A stretch of DNA of 64,000 nucleotides, from the IMG/VR virus record IMGVR_UViG_3300045988_095964; one strand, written 5' to 3'. Positions 15,118 to 21,859 of this stretch are shown one piece after another. The position numbers and the translations under genes are program-made. The notes below the pieces were generated by a model. The model had not been told where the DNA came from and did not search any database. It worked only from the letters and a program-made list of their open reading frames with translations. Source of the stretch: a virus. Each line of letters opens with the position of its first letter. Positions within the stretch are counted from its first letter, which is position 1.

Positions 15118-15327
15118 ATGGACGCTAACGCTAAGAAAGTGTTGATTTGGATTGGTGTCGCTATCGCCGTCCTTATCGTCGGAACTGTGGTGTGGAATAT
15201 CTTGCCGAAGGGATTCCGCATCTACACAACTATCGGTTGGGTGCTGGGAGCCGCTGTCGGTTCGTTTGCCACCTACAAGGGCTACAAGTGGTGGCTCGAT
15301 AACGTTAAAAAGGAGGTAAAGAAATGA
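15118..15327 (+). CDS. Small two-TM membrane protein
   Basis: 69 aa, with hydrophobic segments VLIWIGVAIAVLIVGTVVW and IGWVLGAAVGSFA. Confidence 0.5.
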   Translation: MDANAKKVLIWIGVAIAVLIVGTVVWNILPKGFRIYTTIGWVLGAAVGSFATYKGYKWWLDNVKKEVKK

Positions 15328-15626
15328 CGACGTTCGATTTTTCCTATGCAATCGAACTTCTCCGGGAGGGAAGGTGCATTGCACGTACCGGTTGGGCCGG
15401 TCGCGGTCTTTTCGTATTCAAACAGGTTCCGTCGAGTATCGGAAGCGAGATCATCCCGAAAATGCAGTCGGTTCCGCAAAAGGCCAAGCAAGTCATCCTG
15501 CGCACGGTAGGTCATATCGACTATGAGAACCAGTGCGTTATCTACGATACGAAAACCGGCATCGCTAACAGTTGGGTCCCCTCGATCAGCGATATGTTCG
15601 CCGCAGACTGGTACGAGGTCGAATGA
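15324..15626 (+). CDS. DUF2829-family protein (Tad2-like)
   Basis: FSYAIELLREGRCIARTGWAGRGLFVF ... SWVPSISDMFAADWYEV follows the DUF2829 pattern (F..A...L..G..v.R.GW ... W.ps..D..a.DW). Confidence 0.7.
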   Translation: MTTFDFSYAIELLREGRCIARTGWAGRGLFVFKQVPSSIGSEIIPKMQSVPQKAKQVILRTVGHIDYENQCVIYDTKTGIANSWVPSISDMFAADWYEVE

Positions 15627-16096
15627 AAAAGGTTCTCCAAATAATCTGCGCCGTACTGCTGTACATTTGGCAATTTCCGCAGAATCTTGTGGGGTTGTTC
15701 ATGCTGTGGTACTATCGGGGGGAACGTCGTGTTCATAAAGAGAACGGCACCGCCTTTTACGTCGTACCCTCTATGAAAGGCGGGTTCTCTATGGGACGGT
15801 ATATCTTCATCTCGAAGAACTCAATACTTCGGGAACCCGTATACGACCATGAATACGGGCATACTCGGCAGTCTCGGAGACTGGGTTGGTTATATCTGCC
15901 TATCGTTGGATTGTGCAGTGGGATTCACTGCTTATGCTACAATGGCAAGGGCGGTTACTATAACTACTGGACTGAACGGTGGGCAAATAAACTCGGTGGT
16001 ATCGAGGGGTACTCCGGGCAGTATCATTACCACAAAGAGGGTCTTATTCACACTGTGTACGCTGACTTAGCCGCCAAGGTTTCTTGGTTCAAATAG
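15623..16096 (+). CDS. Membrane protein with HExxH motif (putative zincin-like)
   Basis: An N-terminal TM segment plus DHEYGHTRQS. ATGA overlap with the upstream gene. Confidence 0.5.
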   Translation: MKKVLQIICAVLLYIWQFPQNLVGLFMLWYYRGERRVHKENGTAFYVVPSMKGGFSMGRYIFISKNSILREPVYDHEYGHTRQSRRLGWLYLPIVGLCSGIHCLCYNGKGGYYNYWTERWANKLGGIEGYSGQYHYHKEGLIHTVYADLAAKVSWFK

Positions 16097-16131
16097 TTTC
16101 TTCATTTTGTTTCGCTTCATTGTAAGCGTGA

Positions 16132-16160
16132 GGGGAGTGCTTCGGTGCTCCCCTTATTTG
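16132..16160 (+). terminator. UUCG-tetraloop hairpin terminator
   Basis: ggggagtgc-ttcg-gtgctcccc followed by ttatttg. Confidence 0.65.
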
Positions 16161-16181
16161 TTATTAGCTGATTCTTAGCCG

Positions 16182-16213
16182 TTTGGAATTGTCAAAAATT
16201 TTTATTATATTTA
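16182..16213 (+). promoter_or_regulatory. Class-1 phage promoter, copy P3 (drives the paralog array)
   Basis: tttggaattgtcaaaaatttttattatattta, in the same 23-nt register. The -7 box ends in TTTA. Confidence 0.6.
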
Positions 16214-16216
16214 TAT

Positions 16217-16534
16217 ATGCAGGAAACTATTATGTCGATAGGTAATATCGACGGTAAAATCAGACTATACAGGGTTCTGCTATGGTGTAGGGATTGCCGA
16301 CATATTAAAACCGCACTTACCCCAGCTCTGGATACGTACCAACTGGGTTACGGTAACGCTGTGGCTCAAATATGTGAGAACGTTGCTTATCCTTGCCATC
16401 TGCATGTAAGGCATGATTCCGAAAAACCCGAAGACGAACCCTACATTTACATAAGTCGTTACAGCGGTAACGGGAAACTTTGTTCGGATTATCTCGATTA
16501 TCTCGACTGGGAGGATTTGTTTTATGATACATAG
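16217..16534 (+). CDS. Array paralog A1
   Basis: C-terminus ..YLDWEDLFYDT*. The start may be the ATG at 16232, given promoter proximity. Confidence 0.6.
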   Translation: MQETIMSIGNIDGKIRLYRVLLWCRDCRHIKTALTPALDTYQLGYGNAVAQICENVAYPCHLHVRHDSEKPEDEPYIYISRYSGNGKLCSDYLDYLDWEDLFYDT

Positions 16535-16742
16535 AACCATTTTTATAGGGGAACGTGTTTGGAGAGTGCTCGAATTACTTCGCCAAGCTGGCTATGAGAT
16601 AGGTCACACCGTACATGTCTATCCGGAGAAAGAGTACGTACTAACTATTGATATTTCAACTAAACGTTCAATAATAGAAAACATCGGTACTCTTAGAGCA
16701 CCTTATTTCGAGTGGGAGGAATTTGAGGATTTATTTCTATAA
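16524..16742 (+). CDS. Array paralog A2 (type i)
   Basis: 72 aa, with LLRQAGYEIG and C-terminus ..WEEFEDLFL*. Confidence 0.7.
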   Translation: MIHRTIFIGERVWRVLELLRQAGYEIGHTVHVYPEKEYVLTIDISTKRSIIENIGTLRAPYFEWEEFEDLFL

Positions 16743-16744
16743 CG

Positions 16745-17314
16745 ATGGCTAAAGTTACTTGTGAATCTTTCGCGGAGACTTGCTTCTTCTGTCGATACCT
16801 ATATGCGCAACAACGTTGGGACCCCCATGAAGAAATGATCCATATATTTAATGGCGATGGGGTTGTTAATGTATATTCTCTAAACAGTCTTTTGAGAGGT
16901 CTCACAAGTGTAGGTAGTTGGTCTGCCGTTATTGTGGATGTCACTTATGCAGAGACAGGAGATATTAGGATCACCCGTAATGACGGTGTTCGGAAGACCA
17001 CTCTACGGCAGTATTTCGAAGACGCTATCTTGGTTAGTGTAGGTTGTGACGCCGACGCACAAACTGTCCTATCTTCGAATTATTGTTCTGACAGATTTCC
17101 TACCGGCTCTCCAATAGTACACGTCCTTACTGATGATGAATTGGACGCGGTACGTCTCGTAGAGGTTCCGGAAAAGTTCTTTTTGTCTAAGGTACCCTAC
17201 CTTGCGTGTATTATTCTCAGATACGGTAGGATAAGCGTCATTCATGCTGACCGCAGTCTTATCCATACCCTTTCCATGTTAAGCATTGACGACTTTGAAG
17301 ATTTATTTGGATGA
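16745..17314 (+). CDS. Array paralog A3 (long form)
   Basis: 189 aa, C-terminus ..SIDDFEDLFG*. Confidence 0.7.
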   Translation: MAKVTCESFAETCFFCRYLYAQQRWDPHEEMIHIFNGDGVVNVYSLNSLLRGLTSVGSWSAVIVDVTYAETGDIRITRNDGVRKTTLRQYFEDAILVSVGCDADAQTVLSSNYCSDRFPTGSPIVHVLTDDELDAVRLVEVPEKFFLSKVPYLACIILRYGRISVIHADRSLIHTLSMLSIDDFEDLFG

Positions 17315-17586
17315 TGAATATTACAGTACGTGTAGAATCATTAGGGGAACTCCGAACATTGTGTATTTGGTATCAGAGCCGAATACACCTTATGGAGTTT
17401 GAGATTAAGTTTCCCCGACTTAATCAGGAAGTTTCTGCTACTGACTTACTTCGTTATGATCTTGTGACAAGTGAGATACCCGGTTATGTTCGTATACAGG
17501 ATAAACCATACCTTGAGGTAGGTGCTTTCCCTGTTGATTTTCCGGATGCACTCACTTTTGCAGACTGGTTAGATTTATTTTCTTAA
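17311..17586 (+). CDS. Array paralog A4 (type ii)
   Basis: 91 aa, with VRVESLGELRTLCIWY and C-terminus ..FADWLDLFS*. ATGA overlap. Confidence 0.7.
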   Translation: MMNITVRVESLGELRTLCIWYQSRIHLMEFEIKFPRLNQEVSATDLLRYDLVTSEIPGYVRIQDKPYLEVGAFPVDFPDALTFADWLDLFS

Positions 17587-17588
17587 CT

Positions 17589-18098
17589 ATGGGTAATATT
17601 GTAAAGGTCGAATCCTCCGACCAACTTTCTAAGACGCTTCTTTCGTGGTATGAATCCAATAGAGCACCTCTTAGTTCGAAAGTAATACAGACATACACTG
17701 GTGCAGATTCGTCGTACATGTACCAGTCTTACATGGAGATTTATGTTAATAGGTACACATTTCCCTGCTTTATTTTCTTAGGGAGTATGTCCATCGTTAT
17801 TCACGAGGATATTCCTAAAGATTACGATACCAGTTCTGCCTATACATATAACGACTACATGAGAGAAATGAAAATACGGGATTCTTTTGTTCATGTTCGC
17901 ACCCCATTCGGAGCTGATACGTTTGAGCAAAGTCTCCGAGAGGCTGGTTATACTTTAGTGGCCGATGGTGTCGACACTACGGGAATTTCAGGTTGCTATA
18001 TTATTCATCCTGCTAAGAAGTGGTATATCCGCATAGAGCTTAAATCGCTTCCAAGAGATTTTTTGTCCGTGATTGATTTTACCGATTTATTTTTATGA
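17589..18098 (+). CDS. Array paralog A5 (type ii + type i fusion)
   Basis: 169 aa. The N-half has VKVESSDQLSKTLLSWY, the C-half has FEQSLREAGYTLV, and the C-terminus is ..VIDFTDLFL*. Confidence 0.7.
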   Translation: MGNIVKVESSDQLSKTLLSWYESNRAPLSSKVIQTYTGADSSYMYQSYMEIYVNRYTFPCFIFLGSMSIVIHEDIPKDYDTSSAYTYNDYMREMKIRDSFVHVRTPFGADTFEQSLREAGYTLVADGVDTTGISGCYIIHPAKKWYIRIELKSLPRDFLSVIDFTDLFL

Positions 18099-18370
18099 AC
18101 TACGAAAAAACCTACTCGCTCAGGAGTGTTGACATAGAATATATGCCGCATAATTATATCTATGTTCAGGTTTGTGGGGAGCAAGTGCCCGAACTTATTT
18201 CGTTATTGCGGGAGAACTCTTATGAAACTAATGTGGACTTGGAGTCTTATTCGTGTCTACTTGACTTTTGGGTGTGCATGGACGTCCAGTACAAAACGTG
18301 TTCAGTGAAACTTGCGGATTTTGAAGCTCCTCGTATGAGTTTTTCGGAATTCGCCGATTTATTTTTGTGA
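18095..18370 (+). CDS. Array paralog A6
   Basis: 91 aa, with LLRENSYETN and C-terminus ..SFSEFADLFL*. ATGA overlap. Confidence 0.7.
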   Translation: MNYEKTYSLRSVDIEYMPHNYIYVQVCGEQVPELISLLRENSYETNVDLESYSCLLDFWVCMDVQYKTCSVKLADFEAPRMSFSEFADLFL

Positions 18371-18588
18371 TGGCGAACTTTGTTTTTGTTCGGTTAGAAG
18401 CGTCGAAAATGCCACACGTTTCCGAACAACTTATTCAGTATGGCTACACATGCACAAAAACCATTAAAGAGGCTGGAGGACAAGTAGTGCTTTTAATTGA
18501 TAACGATAAGAAGACCTATTTTTGTCCCTCGGTTACAGTGACTAACTACGAGATAACTTGGGAGGACTTTGTTGATCTATTTCTATGA
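18367..18588 (+). CDS. Array paralog A7 (type i)
   Basis: About 72 aa, probably starting at ATG 18370. It has LIQYGYTCT and C-terminus ..TWEDFVDLFL*. Confidence 0.7.
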   Translation: MMANFVFVRLEASKMPHVSEQLIQYGYTCTKTIKEAGGQVVLLIDNDKKTYFCPSVTVTNYEITWEDFVDLFL

Positions 18589-18800
18589 TAAGAGTATTTG
18601 TACCTAACCGAATGAACGACGCATTTAAGATGCTTCTCAGACAAAACGGCTACACTATTGGTAACTCTCAGATAAGTACCAGCACGTTTCACCTTATATA
18701 TGAGATCATCCCCGAAAAATTGCAGGCATCATGTTTTCTGACTATGGATAATAGTCTTAGGGGTATGTCCGTAGATGACTTCATCGACTTATTTTTGTGA
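18585..18800 (+). CDS. Array paralog A8 (type i)
   Basis: 71 aa, with LLRQNGYTIG and C-terminus ..SVDDFIDLFL*. ATGA overlap. Confidence 0.7.
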   Translation: MIRVFVPNRMNDAFKMLLRQNGYTIGNSQISTSTFHLIYEIIPEKLQASCFLTMDNSLRGMSVDDFIDLFL

Positions 18801-19018
18801 TTATGGAAAATGTTGTTTTCGTATACGTGGATAAACCACGAATCGACGCTTTTATGGAGCTACTGACTGAGGATGGCTATACTGACCGTTCCCCTAATGC
18901 GACCGATAAGAAGCGATTGGTTTTTCGAATCTATCCAAAGGAAAAGTTATTTAAGCGAATCATGTACTCCTACGGAACTTGTCTATCGGTGGAAGATTTT
19001 ATTGATTTGTTCTTATGA
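18797..19018 (+). CDS. Array paralog A9 (type i)
   Basis: About 71 aa, probably starting at ATG 18803. It has LLTEDGYTDR and C-terminus ..SVEDFIDLFL*. Confidence 0.7.
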   Translation: MIMENVVFVYVDKPRIDAFMELLTEDGYTDRSPNATDKKRLVFRIYPKEKLFKRIMYSYGTCLSVEDFIDLFL

Positions 19019-19311
19019 TTATCTACGACATACATGGCTACACGCAACTACGAAGGTTGCTGGCAATGATACTGACTGCCCGACCTATCGAACTAAAGCA
19101 GTTGGCGGCCTACGACTACTTTTGGCATAACGGTACTAAGTGGACACTGTGGGATATGGAGAAAAGTAAAGGAGCACTATTTCCTCCGGTTACGCTGGTA
19201 AAATGGGGTGACGAAGGTATCTTTGTATTTCCGAATACCCTGTTGGATAGCGTATCTACGGACGAATCCGAGATACTGACTTATCTTGATTTTCTCGATC
19301 TATTTGAGTAG
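19015..19311 (+). CDS. Array paralog A10
   Basis: 98 aa, C-terminus ..LTYLDFLDLFE*. ATGA overlap. Confidence 0.7.
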   Translation: MIIYDIHGYTQLRRLLAMILTARPIELKQLAAYDYFWHNGTKWTLWDMEKSKGALFPPVTLVKWGDEGIFVFPNTLLDSVSTDESEILTYLDFLDLFE

Positions 19312-19314
19312 ATT

Positions 19315-19608
19315 ATGATAGTTGCGGTAGAAAATATAGAGCAAATAGAAGCTATCGTTTCATGGTGGGTAAACAAAAATGGTACAAGCATACGCGCAAT
19401 ACACTTTGCATTTACAAATGTATATGAGCGTCATTCGTACACAGAAGCTATGCACCTATTTACATGTTATATAGCTTCGGAAAGTTTTCCGACACCATTT
19501 TATCTTAGCTTAGGTCATTTTGTATGTACGGTCTTTTTTAAGCCTGTGAAGGAACACACCGTAAAAGAGTCTCTTACTTATGACGATTTTTTAGATTTAT
19601 TCGATTAA
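19315..19608 (+). CDS. Array paralog A11 (type ii)
   Basis: 97 aa, with VAVENIEQIEAIVSWW and C-terminus ..LTYDDFLDLFD*. Confidence 0.7.
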   Translation: MIVAVENIEQIEAIVSWWVNKNGTSIRAIHFAFTNVYERHSYTEAMHLFTCYIASESFPTPFYLSLGHFVCTVFFKPVKEHTVKESLTYDDFLDLFD

Positions 19609-19621
19609 AGCGTAACTTGAG

Positions 19622-19960
19622 ATGACCAAGGGTAACAGCTTATGTTTCACTCTATTGTCACACACAGAGGCGCGTGTGATAGTGGACTGGTTAATGAAAG
19701 TACAAGGCTATCCTTTTTACTTTATAAAAGATAACCTTATGAAGAAATACCGTCATTCTGCCGACATACCGGTGACTTTAGCCACAATATGCGTACATGT
19801 ATATAACAATAGAGTACACGTGTATGGAGCCGCCGCTCTTGATCGGTTAGTAGCTGAGGAATCCTGTCTATCTTTTGCCGACTTCGAGGAACTGTTTTCT
19901 GACGTTACTGAGAAGCTACCGGGAGTTGCTTTTTTAGGCTATTATGCCATTTCCGGGTAG
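19622..19960 (+). CDS. Array paralog A12 (type ii, motif internal)
   Basis: 112 aa. The motif ..LSFADFEELFS is followed by a 19-aa extension. Confidence 0.65.
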   Translation: MTKGNSLCFTLLSHTEARVIVDWLMKVQGYPFYFIKDNLMKKYRHSADIPVTLATICVHVYNNRVHVYGAAALDRLVAEESCLSFADFEELFSDVTEKLPGVAFLGYYAISG

Positions 19961-20405
19961 TTGACCTATGTCAACCACTTTTTCGCATTTTTAGAGGACC
20001 AATTTTTACCTCCTAAAAACAGCTAATTTCAGAAACCCACGAAAAGTAGCATAATTATCTGCGTAAAAATTAATTACGCAGTTATACACCAAAGCGGTTA
20101 ACCGTAGCAACCAGTAGAAAAAGGGGTAAAAAGGCGGTTGTGTTTCAGTATAGACGTAATTGCAGTAACAAGATGCCGGAATAACTATTCTAATTTTACC
20201 AAGATCGCGGCTAATAATTTACATTGTCTCTATTAATATAATAACAGTATATACAAGTAATAATGTATGCGTGTAAGTAAAAGGGTTTCTAAACCCGTGT
20301 TAACCTGCACATCGGGTAACGGCCACAGAGGGCCGCAGGAAAGATAACCCAGCTAACAGGTAGCAAATGCGGCTGGGAACGTTACCTTTCTAATTAAGAT
20401 TACTT
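19961..20405 (+). other. 445-bp ORF-free spacer splitting the array
   Basis: No ORF of 60 aa or more on either strand. It contains hairpins gttgac-ctat-gtcaac plus a T-run (19960-19995) and ctgcgtaa-N7-ttacgcag (20059-20081), and an AT-rich core at 20160-20270. Confidence 0.7.
20315..20386 (+). promoter_or_regulatory. Candidate three-way-junction RNA leader upstream of A13
   Basis: An outer helix ggtaacg (20315-21) / cgttacc (20380-86) encloses hairpins ggcc-acagag-ggcc and cccagc-N18-gctggg. It ends 19 nt before the ATG at 20406. Confidence 0.3.
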
Positions 20406-20624
20406 ATGGATAATCTTATATACGTGTGTGTAGAATCTACCCAGCGAAAAGACTTTATTAAATTATTATGCAGCAATGGTTACGCAGATGTGTCGGAGGA
20501 TCGTTCTCGTTCAGATAATATGCTCTTAGTAGATAATAAGCACAAACAGTTTATACGGCTACGCTATTTTACTGGTTCCTGTTCAGATATGTCGGCAGAA
20601 GACTTTATTGATTTATTTCTATAA
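20406..20624 (+). CDS. Array paralog A13 (type i)
   Basis: 72 aa, with LLCSNGYADV and C-terminus ..SAEDFIDLFL*. Confidence 0.7.
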   Translation: MDNLIYVCVESTQRKDFIKLLCSNGYADVSEDRSRSDNMLLVDNKHKQFIRLRYFTGSCSDMSAEDFIDLFL

Positions 20625-20626
20625 TT

Positions 20627-20851
20627 ATGGGTGGTAATATATACGTGCAAACAGATGGGTATAGTAAGTCTGAATTTATGCAGCTATTATCTGAAAATGG
20701 CTACATTGAGATAGCTACCAAGAGTACTACTGCTGATGAATACAGAAATGTATTTATTATTTCTACGGTTCGGAAACGTTATACACGTGTAGTTGCATCC
20801 ACGGATACAGATATTTTATCCGTGGAGGACTTTATTGATTTGTTCTTATGA
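20627..20851 (+). CDS. Array paralog A14 (type i)
   Basis: 74 aa, with LLSENGYIEI and C-terminus ..SVEDFIDLFL*. Confidence 0.7.
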   Translation: MGGNIYVQTDGYSKSEFMQLLSENGYIEIATKSTTADEYRNVFIISTVRKRYTRVVASTDTDILSVEDFIDLFL

Positions 20852-21117
20852 ATATAATAGTAAATAACTACGAGGAATTAACTGATGTAGTTGAGTGGGT
20901 ATACTTTACTAATAAGTGGAATATAGGACAAACACGTATAATTATAAATAATGTCGGGGATATTAACTATATACAGTTAATTTCCGGAAACGTGCATTTA
21001 AGATTTCCTGTATTGGTATGTATAGAACCCTCACGTGTATGGCTATACCGAGTAGAGGGTGTTCCCGAATTTCTCCCGGATTTATCTTACGACGATTGGG
21101 AAGACTTATTTAACTAA
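20848..21117 (+). CDS. Array paralog A15 (type ii)
   Basis: 89 aa, with IVNNYEELTDVVEWVY and C-terminus ..SYDDWEDLFN*. ATGA overlap. Confidence 0.7.
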   Translation: MNIIVNNYEELTDVVEWVYFTNKWNIGQTRIIINNVGDINYIQLISGNVHLRFPVLVCIEPSRVWLYRVEGVPEFLPDLSYDDWEDLFN

Positions 21118-21132
21118 CTAACTAAAATAACT

Positions 21133-21375
21133 ATGGAACTTAACATTATTATCCCGCGTACTAAGTGGGCGAGCGCAAAGAAAACTTTTCGCGCGGCTAA
21201 TTATCAAATTCTACCCGATCTGAATGTTAACGCAGAGGGTAAGCAATTAGTGTTGGACATCGACACTATCTGTAAGAGTGTGTTCGCTATCTATGTTCCT
21301 GCTGAGATGGAGTGCTCTGACGGTGACATGGAGTTTGCTGAGTTTAAGATGCAGTACTTACAACCAGCTAACTAA
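21133..21375 (+). CDS. Array member A16 (diverged type i)
   Basis: 80 aa, with FRAANYQIL. The tail is decayed: ..DMEFAEFKMQYLQPAN*. Confidence 0.55.
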   Translation: MELNIIIPRTKWASAKKTFRAANYQILPDLNVNAEGKQLVLDIDTICKSVFAIYVPAEMECSDGDMEFAEFKMQYLQPAN

Positions 21376-21412
21376 CTTCAAAATTGCGGCGGAGAAATTA
21401 AATTAGAATACT

Positions 21413-21640
21413 ATGATAACTTTCGAATGTGACGCATACGAAATAGAAGAACGTATCGAGAAACTTAATGAATTGGGGTGGCTCGTAACTATTTCCCATC
21501 CGGACGGAGACTATGTTTGTTGTTATGTTGACTACGATAAGAAATACATGGATATAGAATACTACGAGGACGAAGACGAATGTCCTACTGGTAGTTCTAC
21601 CATATATGATTTCTTGGACAGCGTTGGATTAAGTTATTAG
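21413..21640 (+). CDS. Array member A17 (diverged type i)
   Basis: 75 aa, with LNELGWLVT. The tail is decayed: ..TIYDFLDSVGLSY*. Confidence 0.55.
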   Translation: MITFECDAYEIEERIEKLNELGWLVTISHPDGDYVCCYVDYDKKYMDIEYYEDEDECPTGSSTIYDFLDSVGLSY

Positions 21641-21663
21641 CGCAGGTAAGATTTCTGCTCACT

Positions 21664-21714
21664 CTCCGGAGCACAAACGGGACCCCACCCCTTAAATGGG
21701 GTTGGTGCCCGGAG
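21664..21714 (+). terminator. Long stem-loop closing the array (no T-run)
   Basis: ctccgg-a-gcac pairs with gtgc-ccggag, with an inner cacccc-ttaaat-ggggt(t)g hairpin. It begins 24 nt after the A17 stop. Confidence 0.35.
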
Positions 21715-21733
21715 GGGATGCGGGTAGTCCACA

Positions 21734-21832
21734 TAGGTCACAGAGTAGTTTCGTAGATCGAGACATGTAGTTTCAGTAACCGCGTAGGTCACAACGTAGA
21801 TTTGCAAGATCGAGCCATGTAAGTCGAGTAAC
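21734..21832 (+). repeat. Two imperfect ~48-bp direct repeats (period 51)
   Basis: taggtcacagagtagtttcgtagatcgagacatgtagtttcagtaac aligns with taggtcacaacgtagatttgcaagatcgagccatgtaagtcgagtaac. Confidence 0.7.
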
Positions 21833-21859
21833 TGTGCAGAGATGTCGTGCGTGCATCGG

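Noticed and set aside
16500-21120. The recurring GATTTATTT(T/C)T(A/G)TGA strings considered as CRISPR-like or att-like DNA repeats.
   Set aside because: Spacing is irregular (216-570 bp). The intervening DNA is coding. The repeat varies at synonymous positions while the encoded DLF(L) peptide is constant. So this is protein-level conservation, not a DNA repeat array.
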